A stretch of DNA of 64,000 nucleotides from Malacoraja senta (GCA_038087875.1 CM075988.1:20090001-20154000), one strand, 5' to 3'; counted from the stretch's first letter, positions 1 to 15,740 are shown. Numbers and translations: made by a program. Notes: generated by a model not told the origin, from the letters alone.

Positions 1-2785
1 CATGACAAAAGATAACAACTTGCTGGGCAAGTTTGAGCTGACTGGAATTCCACCTGCTCCGAGGGGTGTGCCTCAAATTGAGGTGACCTTTGATATTGAT
101 GCCAATGGTATCCTGAATGTGTCTGCAGTAGACAAGAGCACGGGAAAGGAAAACAAGATCACCATCACAAATGACAAAGGTAAATTGCTATCACTTGGTT
201 TTCAATGCTTTATTCAAAACTTTCTCTGGCATTAATAGCTTATAAATCTTTCTGAAATCTTTAGACTTGTTATGGCATGGATTTTCAACTTTTGATTAAA
301 CCTCAGCACTATGGGAAGAGTAGAGATGCATTAAAAATCACTTAATATTTCTTGCTTCTGGGCATTATAAAAATGTTCATTCTTAGCAACCTGCTTAACC
401 CAGTCTGAACATCCTATCATGTATGACCTTCAATGGTTCCAAATTTGCAATGTCTGACTGAAACTATGAAATCCAAGAATGAGCTACAGTACTCTAGAAC
501 GGAATTGCTGCTTGTGCAACTGCCATTTTGGAAGGCATAACTTCTTCCATCTCACCTATAGCACTGACATTTTTTTTATATTTGAAGGTTTAAATGCCTT
601 TTGGAATCTGATATTGCCTCTATCTTCCATAATCCCTTTGATCTGTTATATAAAAACTGTATCAGCAAAAAATATCATTCCGTTCCTTCGGATAATGGCT
701 TTTCCTCATGGGACATCTCTTTGCTACTTGGTTGATTGCCTTCCACCAGCAAATTTACTGAAAGTGGAGAAAATTAATCTGATATGGTATGGCAGTGTCA
801 GGGTTTCTGGTGTAATGCAAACTACTTATAAAGGCTACTACTTTGTTGCATAATATTAGTAGAAACATGTAAATTTGGAAGTATTCTCTTTGCCCTTTAT
901 CAAGTTCCAGTTTTCAAAACAAAAGTGACCACCATTCTGATTAAATTAACAGGTCGTTTGAGCAAAGAAGATATAGAACGTATGGTCCAGGAGGCTGAGA
1001 AATACAAATCAGAGGATGAACAACAACGTGACAAAGTTTCATCAAAGAACTCTCTTGAGTCTTATGCTTTCAACATGAAAGCTACTATTGAAGATGAGAA
1101 GCTAAAGGGTAAAATAAGTGATGACGACAAACAGAAGGTTTTGGACAAATGTAATGAAGTTATCTGTTGGTTGGATAAGAACCAGGTAAGTTTGTGGGGT
1201 GACTTTAGATCATTGATTGCATATTTTACCAAGCAAGTAATGGGTCAGTTTTACCAACTTGTATTTAAGCATTGTTTGCAGGAGTTTACTCAGTAGATAG
1301 TGTTGTTTTTACTGAGGAAGGACATTATTGCCATAGAGGGAGTGCAGAGAAGGTTCACCAGACTGATTCCTGGGATGTCAGGACTGTCTTATGAAGAAAG
1401 ACTGGATAGACTTGGTTTATACTCTCTAGAATTTAGGAGATTGAGAGGGGATCTTATAGAAACTTACAAAATTCTTAAGGGGTTGGACAGGCTAGATGCA
1501 GGAAGATTGCTCCCGATGTTGGGGAAGTCCAGGACAAGGGGTCACAGCTTAAGGATAAGGGGGAAATCCTTTAAAACCGAGATGAGAAGAACTTTTTTCA
1601 CACAGAGAGTGGTGAATCTCTGGAACTCTCTGCCACAGAGGGTAGTCGAGGCCAGTTCATTGGCTATATTTAAGAGGGAGCTAGATGTGGCCCTTGTGGC
1701 TAAAGGGATCAGAGGGTATGGAGAGAAGGCAGGTACGGGATACTGAGTTGGATGATCAGCCATGATCATATTGAATGGCGGTGCAGGCTCGAAGGGCCGA
1801 ATGGCCTACTCCTGCACCTAATTTCTATGTTTTTACCTCTTAAGTGCCAAGACCAATTTGTGGTGCCTATATTAGCTTGTGAGCTTAATTCTGGAACTTC
1901 TGTTCCTAGTTAGTGGAAATGGTGCAGGTTGAAATGGTAAATGAAGAATAAGGAATTTAAGGGTTAGTTGTATCCAGCTACATGTGTTCAAACTAATGTA
2001 CAATGGGTTTAAGTGGCATTTCTATTATACAGGAGAGTTTGAGAACAGATTTCAAGAAGGATGCTGTCCTTTTGATCAATGTAGAATCACGAATATTTCA
2101 GTTAGAAAGCAAGGATGGAATAAAAGTGATTAGCTTCTGGGGGAAAAATAGAAGGAAGTGCAGAAATAGACAATAGGTGCAGGAGTAGGCCATTCAGCCC
2201 TTCGAGCCAGCACCGTCTTTCAATGTGATCATGGCTGATCATCCCCAATCAGTACCCCGTTCCTGCCTTCTCCCCATATCCCCTGACTCTGCTATCTTTA
2301 AGAGCCCTATCTAGCTCTCTCGTGAAAGTATCCAGAGAACCGGCCTCCACCGCCCTCTGAGGCAGAGAATTCCACAGACTCACAACTCTCTATGTGAAAA
2401 AGTGTTTCCTCATGTCTGCTCTAAATGGCTTGCCCCTTATTCTTAATCTGTGTCCCCTGGTTCTAGACTCCCCCTGTGGAATTGTGGAATGGCGGTAAAT
2501 AACTGATATTTCAAGTGATCTTGATTTTGGCACAAGAATCTTGACTGATCTGTTCCAAAATATAAGTATATTGTCAACCAGCTAATTAGTCAATTATCTT
2601 TTCAGACTGCAGAAAAGGATGAATATGAACATCAATTAAAAGAAATTGAGAAAGTCTGCAATCCAATCATGGCCAAGTTGTATCAAGGTGCTGGTGGCAT
2701 GCCTGGTGGTATGCCAGAAGGCTTTCCTGGAGCTGGTGCTGCTCCTGGAGGAACATCTGGACCAACTATTGAAGAAGTTGACTAA
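1..2785 (+). CDS. HSPA8: Heat shock cognate 70 kDa protein (hsc70/HSPA8-type), copy 1, 5'-partial; exons <1-179, 953-1185, 2606-2785
   Basis: Spliced at GT/AG sites the exons read [40 protein letters not shown]...[19 protein letters not shown]...[20 protein letters not shown]...[13 protein letters not shown]...GPTIEEVD*. The 233-nt penultimate exon matches HSPA8 architecture, and the EEVD end marks a cytosolic Hsp70. Confidence 0.95.
1312..1830 (+). mobile_element. CR1-type LINE, 5'-truncated 3' end, young copy in intron 8 of hsc70 copy 1
   Basis: ORF 1300-1746 encodes the CR1 RT C-terminus ([40 protein letters not shown]...[14 protein letters not shown]), followed by the 3' UTR and a ttctatg tail. 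Near-identical to the copy at about 35.9-36.4 kb. Confidence 0.92.
2163..2474 (-). mobile_element. CR1-type LINE 3' fragment
   Basis: Reverse complement of the same CR1 3' end (aataggtgcaggagtaggccattc...ccttctccccatatccc). Confidence 0.8.
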
Positions 2786-2893
2786 AACATATGCATCACT
2801 AATCTGGCTGTTACTGTGTACTGTAATAATGCAAACCCCCCCCATTATTGATGTTAAATGTGTTAAGTTTATAGAGACGTGAACATCTGGCTA

Positions 2894-2899
2894 AATAAA
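2894..2899 (+). terminator. Candidate polyadenylation signal of hsc70 copy 1
   Basis: AATAAA about 110 nt after the stop codon, followed by T/GT-rich sequence. Confidence 0.55.
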
Positions 2900-5276
2900 T
2901 TCTAGTTCAGAATGTTACATTGTTTTCTTGGTAGATTGCAAATACTATTTTAAATCTATCCACTTGGTAATGAGGTCTAATATGTTGTACAGTTCTGAAT
3001 GAAGCTTGAGTATTGTCTTCTGATTAGACACATTGCAGCTTCCGAGTCTCAACATTTCTAGTTCTAATTCTCTAATTTGAGCATTCATGTTTACTATTTG
3101 TGCTATTTTCATGTTACTAGTCATTTTGCACAATAATCCGTGTTTCTGTTATTTGATTAGTTGCATTAAAGGTTGAATTTAAAAGTAGCAAACTAGAAAA
3201 TTTAGATCTCTGGATATTTGAAATCATTTTCAAGATTTTAAAATGTTCTTGTGCTTTTCCATTAACCTTGTCCCTTAAGTTTTAAGAGTGGTTAAAATTT
3301 GGATTGGGTCACTACTTTTGAGTTTAAATCTTCTTTAGTAGTATTTCCAGCAAAGGGTTAGCCCTACCCAGCCTCTTATCATCCTCTCTTTTGCAAGTTG
3401 TGCCCCTCAACCAAAAAGGACAGCTTTGATCCTTAGTTGGTTTAAAGGATTACACCATGGTAAGATGTCCTTTTCCAATGAAAATAAAAATGCTATGGCA
3501 CAAATTGATTTCATATGAATATGCCAAATTACTGTTTAACCATTACATGACTGATCTATTTCAGGGTGAAATGTTAAAGTAAAATATTAAAAAACATATC
3601 TACTATTCTCTTGCAGAATTCAGTATTTTCCCAAACTGATTCATTTAGTTGGCACTATTGTGTGGCCCGACAGGCCAGGTGCCTGTTTTACCAGTGATTT
3701 ATTTTCACACTGAACCATGTTTCAATCAGTTTGCAGAAAAAAGAATTTCAATTTGTGCCATTGCTGCTCTTTATCTGACCAACCCAAGTGTTATCTTCCC
3801 ATTGTCCCATTGAAGTAAGGCAAATGTTCGTAATAAATAATCTGAACATGTCTCAGCGTTAGGTGAAAAAATCATAACTGGAATCACAAACAATTATTGG
3901 CTGTTTAAAGCTGCAAAAATATACCCCCCTTCTTTATTAATAATCTGAACAAGAGATAAATCAAATCTTTGGCTTGTTATGTGCTTGCTAATTTGTGCTA
4001 CTTTCTTTAGTAACCAATGTTAGTATGCTAAGACCCCTCTTACATAATTGGCAACTAAATGCATTACCTTTCATCCACACATTTAAGTGTTTTTGCCATT
4101 TTACTAGGTTTTAATTATATTTCTCAAGAAAACCTTCAATGCTTCTCTGATTCATGTTAGCACATTTTTTTATACGTCCCCAAAAATGGAATCAAGAAAA
4201 AATATTTAGAGGTGCAAATGTTAAATCATGATGCAATCTGAACTCTCAATAATTGTTTCTGTCTTTGACAAGGTTACTAGTATCCACCACTCTGAGCTAT
4301 TAGAGAAATAAATAAAATTACAGTCTCTGGGACTTATTGTGTGTTCTACAGCGAAGATGCTTCCTATATCATTTCAGAGAATCAAACAATTGCTACAGGA
4401 GTCACATGTAGGACAGACTGGTTAACGACTAACATTTCCTTCCCTAAATTAATAATTACCTAAAGTATTTTGAACCTGCAGGAGACATTTCAGTTAAGCA
4501 GATTGAGTATAGCATATCTCCTTCAAAAATGTTGGTTCAAGATGATGGGTCTTGGAACAATCCATTAATTTCATGACCACCATTACATAAGTAACAAATT
4601 AACTGAATTTAATTTTTCCAGCTATTAAATTAGAAATCTATGTTGTAAATGTATAATGGATAACGGAAAGGATTATTTTGTTAAATTAAGACGATTGTAC
4701 ATGAAGCTAAGCAGCAACTTTGCCCAGTTAATCTTACCGCCACTTGTTTTTACTGTTCCTTGAGAATTGTAAACTAAACTACAAGTCATGCTTCTGCCAC
4801 AAGCAGCAGAAAAAACAAAAAATGCTATCAAATAGAAAGGTATGTATGCAATAAGATACAGAAAAATGAGTTCCGAAGAAGGGTTCTGACCCAAAACGTC
4901 ACCTGTTCTCCAGAGATGCTGCCTGGCGACTGAGTTGCTCCAGCACTTTGTGTCTATTATATTTAGTATCTATTGCACTAAATATTGTACCCTTTATCTG
5001 TCCACTGTGGATGGCTTGATTTTAATCCTGTGGTCTTTTCTTTGACTGGATACAACGCAACAAAAAGATTTTCACTACCTCGGTACACGTAACAATAATT
5101 AACTAAACTAAGAATCACTTTAATAAAAAGTTATTTCGCTAGTAACACATGGATGTGAAAATATGATGCCCATAACTACAGGAAGAACATCCACATTTAG
5201 GCCAGGAGAGTGTTTTTCACTACTAATCCTGCCTTTGCCATTCACTGACTAAACCAAAAGGAGGATTGATGACAGA

Positions 5277-5372
5277 CAGTCTGAAGAAGGGTTTCGGCCC
5301 GAAACGTTACCTATTTCCTTTGCTCCATAGATGCTGCTGCACCCGCTGAGTTTCTCCAGCATTTTTGTGTAC
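5277..5372 (+). mobile_element. Penelope-like element terminal repeat with minimal hammerhead motif
   Basis: CTGAAGA-A-GGGT-TTCG-GCCC-GAAAC-GTT followed by the conserved tail gatgctgctgcacccgctgagtttctccagcattttt. Identical block at 34605-34700. Confidence 0.75.
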
Positions 5373-5697
5373 CCAGGAGGATTGATGAGTTTGATACACA
5401 AAGAGAACAATAACTGATTGTCCCATCAGACCATTTAACTCCATGGACAAAATCTGGCAGGGATGTGGATTAAAAAATGGGTTGACTAAACCAATTTTAG
5501 GAATTATCCATATTTCAACTTTAATCATCTCTTTCGACTCTGGGTTTACTTTTCAGATGTTCTACTTCTTCCAAGATTTTACATAGCAGCACAGAGATGG
5601 ATAGTAACAGGTATTTAAGCAGGACATTAGCAGCAGATAACACCTGTGTACGATGGTCTAGGTTATGTTTTCACTTTTTGGATTCTTTGATCAGTAT

Positions 5698-6260
5698 TCA
5701 GGTTAGGCAGAGGTTCACTTGCACCTCCTCCAACCTCATCAAGATGTGGACTCATACATCGGCGAGACCAAACGCAGACTGGGCGATCGTTCCGCGTGAA
5801 GCAACCTGATCTCCCGGTTGCTGGACACTAATTCTCCTTCCAATTCCTACACAGACCTTTCTGTCCTCGGTCTCCTCCATTGTCAGAATGAGGCTAAACG
5901 CAAATTGGAGGAACAGCATCTAATTACGCTTGGGCAGCTCCCAGCCCAGTGATGTGAATATTGATTTATCTTACTTCAGGTAGCCCCGGCATTCCCTCTC
6001 TATCCTTCCCCCACCCATGTCACAACAGCTTCTAATTTTCACCCTACAAACAACACCCTACAAATGGCCTGTTCCTTTATCATCATTACTTTTTTGCACA
6101 TCTTTCATTCATTGTACTCTATATCTCCACATCACCGTCTTTATCTCTCGTTTCCCTTATCCATAACTAGTCTGAAGAAGGGTCTCGACCCAAAGCAGCA
6201 CCCATTCCTTCTCTCCAGAGATGCTGTCTGTCCCACTGAGTTACTCCAGCTTTGTGTGTC
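5698..6260 (+). mobile_element. Penelope-like retroelement 3' fragment (GIY-YIG endonuclease remnant plus terminal repeat)
   Basis: Decayed frames read QVRQRFTCTSSNLI...YIGETKRRLGDR, the YIG half of a GIY-YIG motif. The fragment ends in the ctgaagaagggtctcgaccc...gatgctg terminal repeat. Confidence 0.75.
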
Positions 6261-7261
6261 TTCAGAATATATCATAACATGCCTTGGTTTTCCACAGCAA
6301 ATACTCAGTGAAAATAGAAGATCTAATGTAATAACATTCTCTGGTAATGCTTGGGGAAGAAAAAGTTAAGGAATTTGATAAACATTTTCAAATCACAAAT
6401 GGTTTTGATTGAGTAAAGATGTAAAGTACCCCTTGTGTTCCCCCTCTTCCCATCCCCTAATCCTGTATACTAATTACAGTGATACGATGTGGGACTTCAT
6501 TGATAACTCTTTTGAAGAACTAACAAAAGCAAAATGGACCAAATGGTGTCTCAGCCATTCTAAAACTTTGTAGTGATCAGCTGCAATGCCAAGTCTCATG
6601 CTATTATAAGAAATGTATATATGTAATTGAAAATCATAGAGGTGCAGGTGGTGGAGGGCGAGGCCAGGGTTGGCATGATAATACGCTTATTACAAAGTGA
6701 TTGATCAATGAATAGAGGAACAATAAACAAAGACTGGAAAACAGATCAGAGCCGTCGCAGGGAAATGAAACTGAAAGGATAATGTTAGAAATGCCCAGTA
6801 GATCAAGCCGTGTCAGTGGAAAAAGAAACTGATTCAAAATTCAAGGTTGATGCTAACCGTGGAAGTGCCCAGTTCTGATAGAAATAGAGAAAGCTAGTTA
6901 CAAGGTGTTGGATTTAATATTAAGTCCTGAAGGCTGTGATGTAGTCAAAAATATGTCCTCGTTTACTTTGGGATAGGCAACCAGAAGTTCAGGGTCACCC
7001 ATGCAGACTGGAAGAAAGTGCTCTGCAAAGAAGTCACATAATCGTTATTTAGTTTCTCCGATGCAGAAGAGACCACACTGGATGCATCAAATGCAGTCCT
7101 CGAGATTGTAAAAAAATGCAGGTCAATCTCTAATTCAATTGTAACGATAATTTTGGTCCTTGGATCGTTCAAAAGAATGGTGTAAAGGTGTCGGTGTAGC
7201 AGCTCCTGCAGTTACATGGGAAGGTGACATAAAAGGGAAGCGGTGGTGGATTTGAGAAGCA

Positions 7262-7692
7262 GAAATAAAGTGCAGGAGTAGGTCATTCGGCCCTTCGAGT
7301 CAGCACCATCATTCAATATGTTCATGGCTGATCATCCAAAATTAGTACCCCGTTCCTGCTTTTTCCCCATATCCTTTGATTCCGTTAACCCTCAGAGCTC
7401 AATCTAACTATCTTGAAACAGCCCATAGCCTTTTATAGAAAATAGGTGCAGGAGTAGGCCATTCGGCCCTTCGAGCCTGCCCATTCAATATGATCATCGT
7501 ACAGTATCCTGTACCTGCCTTCTCTCCATACCCCTGATCCCTTTAGCCACAAGGGCCACATCTAACTCCCTCTTAAATATAGCCAATGAACTGCCTCAAC
7601 TACCTTCTGTGGCAGAGAATTCCAGATTCACCACTCTGTGTGAATTTTTTTTTCTCATCTCGGTCCTAAAAGACTTCCCCCTTATCCTTAAA
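7262..7692 (-). mobile_element. Two adjacent CR1-type LINE 3' fragments
   Basis: Two successive reverse-strand copies of the CR1 3' UTR (gtgcaggagtagg(t/c)cattcggcccttcgag...). Confidence 0.75.
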
Positions 7693-7914
7693 GACGACTG
7701 TGGATGTACAATTACTTATGCCATTAATGTAAAGAAGATATCAAAGTGCAGAATATAGTGTTCCAACATTATTGTGTTAGTTGCTGAGAAAAGGTCCAAG
7801 ATCCACGATGGGTTGGTTGCTACACTTTATCTTAGGGCTAACAGGAAGAGGGACTTAAAAGGAAACAAAAGAGGTGTAAATGGCCCTTGATTATGTTAGC
7901 TATTTTACCGAGGC

Positions 7915-9150
7915 AGTGTGAAACGTGCACTTTTAAAAGTGGCAGCATGTGTAGAGTGGTAAAGAAGGCATATGGCATGCTTGCATTCATCTGTCTGGGT
8001 ATTGAGTATAAGAGTCAGGAAGTATTTTTGAACTCAGACTTCAGTTAGGCCACATTTGGAATAGTGTACAGTTCTGGTCACCCCATTGCAGGAAGGATGT
8101 GGAGGTTTTGGAGACAGTGTAGTTGAGGTTTACATAGAAACATAGAAAATAGGTGCAGGAGGAGGTCATTCGGCCCTTCGAGCCAGCACCGCCATTCATT
8201 GTGATCATGGCTGATCGTCCCCTATCAATAACCCGTGCCTGCCTTCTCCCCATATCCCTTGACTCCACTCTCTCTTAAATCCATCCAGTGACTTGGCCTC
8301 CACTGCCCTCTGTGGCAGGGAATTCCATAAATTCACAACTCTCTGGGCGAAAACGTTTTTAATGACCTCCCCTTTATTCTAAGACTGTGGCCCCTGGTTC
8401 TGGACTCACCCAACATTGGGAACATTTTTCCTGCATCTAGCTTGTCCAGTCCTTTTATAATTTTATGTTTCTATAAGATTCCTCCTCATCCTTCTAAACT
8501 CCAGTGAATACAAGCCTAGTCTTTTTAATCTTTCCTCATATGACAGTCCCGCCATCCCAGGGATCAATCTCGTGAACCTACGCTGCACTGCCTCAATCAC
8601 AAGGATGTCCTTCCTCAAATTAGGAGACCAAAACTGTACACAATACTCCAGATGTGGTCTCACCAGAGCCCTATACAACTGCAGAAGACAAGCCCTATAC
8701 AACTGCAGTTTACCAGAATGCTACTTAAATTGGAGATAATTAACTATAAGGAGAGGTTGGAGAAACTTGGAGTGGAATGCCAGAGGTTAAGAGAAGACCT
8801 ATATAAAACAATGAGGCATACATAGGGTAGACAGTCAGATCCTTTTTCCATGGGGTTGAAATGTCAAAGACTCAAGGCATGGCTTTAAAGTGAGAGGGGA
8901 CTCTTTTTTTAATGATGAGACAGGCAAGTTTTTTTTACATAGAGTGGTGGATGACTGGAACACGCTGCCAGGGATGTGGTTGAGGCAGATAGCATGGTGG
9001 CGTTTAAGAGGCTTTTACGTAAGCTCATAGATATGCAAGGAATGGAGGTATTTGGATCATGTGCAGGCAGATGGTATTTCTTTATCTTGGTATGTGCTGC
9101 ACGGGCATTATGGGTCAAAGGCCTTGTTCCTGTGCTGCATTCATGATTCT
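7915..9150 (+). mobile_element. Old degenerate CR1-type LINE interrupted by a younger antisense CR1
   Basis: Decayed RPHLE-CVQFWSP-type coding sequence at about 8045-8085 resumes after 8713. Boundaries approximate. Confidence 0.65.
8134..8707 (-). mobile_element. CR1-type LINE 3' fragment nested in the older CR1, 6-bp TSD gtttac
   Basis: ORF 8463-8702(-) [24 protein letters not shown]...; (catagaaa)n tail at the left end; gtttac at 8128-8133 and 8708-8713. Confidence 0.85.
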
Positions 9151-9929
9151 TTTGTTACCGCACTGGCTCGAAGGGCCGAAAGGACTACTCATGCACCTAT
9201 TTTTCTATGTTTCTACGCACACTTCCTGGATCCTACATCAGTGCCAGCCGTGGCTCTGCTAATAATGAATACAGCAAGTAGTATTGAAATTCCTCTCCAG
9301 ACACAAGCATAAAATATAGGCTCATATTATGGTTCTGGACTGCCAGATGTGGAAAATAAATCGCGGAAGATCTGCCAGTCCTGCCTTGTGATAAATACAA
9401 CAGTGGTGGTATTCTACTATTTTGAGCCATTAACATACAATAGACCGCGTTTCGCAGTCGGGAGGCCGTTAGGATGAGTAGGAAAAAACTGTAGGTGCTG
9501 GTTTACACCGAAGATAAGACACAAAAGGCTGGAGTACTCCCTGAGATATTCCAGCTTTGTGTGTCTATCTTTGGCTGTTAAGATGAGTCGTGTAACTGAG
9601 GGCTTACACAAGTAATGTTACATCGTGTGAACAGCCGGTGTAAACCACGGGAGGGCCGCGGGTATCTCCGTACCCCGGCCCTTGGATAATCACACCGACC
9701 CGCACGCCTTCGTTCGTGCTCCTGTGTTGGGCGCCATCTCAGCTTCAGGTCTGAAGAAGGGTCTCGAACCCGAGATGCTGGCTGACCCGCGGAGTTACTG
9801 CAGCATTTTGTGTCAAACTCCGGATATAACCCGGCATTTGCCGTTTGTTCCAACACACAGCTTCCATCTTTCCACCCAGGTAGTCTCGTCTCGTCTCGTC
9901 CCATCCGGCCCGGTCCCAAGGGCGGCTCC

Positions 9930-10090
9930 ACCGCGCAGCCAATCAGATGCCGGACTGCCTTCCCGCCGCGCCCGGTGACGTCACCTGCCGGGCGCTGATT
10001 GGTCGGGCCCGGCGATGACGCGCGCGGCTTTCTAGAACCTTCGAGTGAGCCTTAAAAGCGCGCGGCGGGAGCGGCGCGGTCTCATTGCGG
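9930..10090 (+). promoter_or_regulatory. hsc70 copy 2 promoter: CCAAT 9939-9943, CRE TGACGTCA 9976-9983, inverted CCAAT 9998-10002, heat-shock element 10029-10043, TATA-like TTAAAA 10052-10057, likely TSS about 10081
   Basis: CpG-rich region with a perfect three-unit HSE (tTTCtaGAAccTTCg). GGTCTCATTG about 25 nt after the TATA-like box resembles the mammalian HSPA8 start region as I recall it. Confidence 0.85.
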
Positions 10091-10178
10091 CGTCGGGACA
10101 CGGCCAACAGCTCTCTTCCGCAGCCCGGTCTTCACCACCACCACCACCGCCCGCCAGCAACGGCAACAGCAACTACAG
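10081..10178 (+). other. HSPA8: Non-coding exon 1 of hsc70 copy 2 (predicted)
   Basis: Follows the TATA/HSE cluster and ends at CAG|GTACGG. The next acceptor ttttcag|ACAAAATG is at 12065/12066. A non-coding first exon is typical of HSPA8. Confidence 0.65.
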
Positions 10179-10399
10179 GTACGGCCTCACTCTTGCACCT
10201 CCACTTACTCTCGCCGTTACTTATATTAATGTTCTCTTTCATCGCCTTCGTTCCTGCTCGTCCAGGCCGGGGCCTCCGCATCCGGCCGCCATTTTGCTGC
10301 ACACCGCGCTCGGTCCGTCTTGGCCTACGCGCCTTGATCTCCCGGTTAACTCCCCTCGCACACTGACCTTTCTGTCCTGGGCCGCCTAGTATTTGTCAG

Positions 10400-10780
10400 C
10401 GTGAGACCCAGCGCAAATTGGAGGAACAGCGCCTGATATTTTGCCTGGGCAGCGTACAACCCATCGGTATGAATATATTGATTCCTCTAAGTTAAAGTAG
10501 TATTTACTTTACCTCCGTCCTACCCACCCCTAGTTCTCCGACCAGTTTCACAGTCCTGATTAATTTTACTGATCGCGTGCCTCTCACCTTGCCCTCTGCC
10601 AACAATGAACCGTTCTACGTTTTCCTTGCGCACCGTTCCTTTTTATGTCTCGTTTTCACACCATAACCATCCATAACTCTCTCCTCTCTGAGGAAGGGTC
10701 TCGACCCGAAGCGTCGCTCGTTTCATTTTAACCCAGCTATGCTGCTCACCCGCTGAGTTACTCCTGCATTGTGTGCGCTA
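10400..10780 (+). mobile_element. Penelope-like element 3' fragment in hsc70 intron 1
   Basis: cgcaaattggaggaacagc shared with 5899-5917; ends in the ctgaggaagggtctcgacccgaagcgtc terminal repeat. Confidence 0.65.
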
Positions 10781-12070
10781 TTTAGAGCGTTCCTCCCACG
10801 ACCCGTGGTTGATGTGACTTACTGCGAACGTTTTCGCTTCCTCCTCTCCCCCGCCCGGCTGGGGCTGCAGAGACCATGTGGGCGGGCTTCCTCTGCCGCT
10901 TTGTTCCGCCTACTCTTCTGGAAGAGTCTGCGAGCGGGCGGCCGCTCCCTTCCGCCCCCCATCGGGTTGAGACGGAGCGGCCGCGGGCGGGCTCCCGCTC
11001 AACACGTGGTGCCTGCACTCCGGCGTTATGCTCCCCCACACCCCATGAGGGGGGGGGGGGGGTGTCGCCGATTAGCCACATGGTCAGATTGTGGGGCATC
11101 CTTGCAGCTCTACATTTTTCAAGTATTTTCACCATTCGTGCCTACCTCAGCTACTTTGGCAGGATTCCAGATATCTACCACTTTGGGGAAAATACTCTCG
11201 CCCTTTCTAAACATTCACTCCCTTCTCGCCTTAGACAGCGCCCTCCGGGTTTAGACACTCTTATCCTGGGGAAAGGACTGCCTTTTCACCTTATTCACGA
11301 TTTTTGTAAAATTCCAAGATTTATATTCCAGGGCAAAAAAGACCTGTGGTCTTCCCTTATGATTTACCTTGCTCCCAGCCCTGATTACATTATAATTCCT
11401 ACTCCCCAATAGTGGAGGGAGAGGGGAACCTCCATCTAGCATTTGTTTTGTTTAGCCACTTGACCATTCAACTAATTTACTAGCTTGCAATCCATAGGAA
11501 TCTACATTCTTATCCAAACTTAATATAACATGAAGGGAACCCAGTGCTCATTCTTGTATAGTCTGAAGAACAACCTACAACCATCATTCTGTCTCCAACC
11601 TTCACGCTCATTTTGTGTCAATTTGACTAGCTAGCCTTGATCCCCACGTGATCGAATCTTCCAGGCCAGTGTGGTATATCATGGGCCATATAGACAGACC
11701 GATAATTAGGAATGAGAATTCAGGAGTTAAGAATTGGGAATGAGAAGTCATGTAGATCGTGGAAATAATCTGTATGGTCCAGGAGGGAGCATGAGCCTCA
11801 ACTTAATTCCCCAGTAGCAATTCTATCAGTCCCTTTCCATCATCTTTTTGCTCAGTGGTTGCAATTTATTCTCTTCGAAAAGAATGTGGAGTGGCAGGTG
11901 TTGCTGGTTTTTGAAGTGATTGTGTAATCTGTTGAACAACAGCTCATTGTGATGAGTCATTGTTTCTGACCTTATGAAGGAATTGGGTGGCGGTTTCCTT
12001 CTGGGTAGAACTGAATAAATTATTTTGGATAAATTTGTTTTTGAACCATTAACTTTATTTTTCAGACAAA

Positions 12071-15607
<3,537 letters not shown>

Positions 15608-15740
15608 AATGCACAGCATGTCTACTGGTCATGAGTGTCTTGACTCTGGTTAAGTGCTCTTACTATATTAAAAAGAACCAGCTTTGATTTTAAGTGCCAA
15701 GATTTGAACAATGCACTTGTACATGAATGTGTTTGGTCTG

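Noticed and set aside
670..700. cattccgttccttcggat in copy 1 intron 7 as a possible U14 relic
   Set aside because: No C or D box at the expected spacing; similarity too short.
9578..11412. Several 100-180 aa ORFs around the hsc70 promoter and intron 1
   Set aside because: GC-rich, stop-poor promoter and repeat sequence with no recognisable protein.
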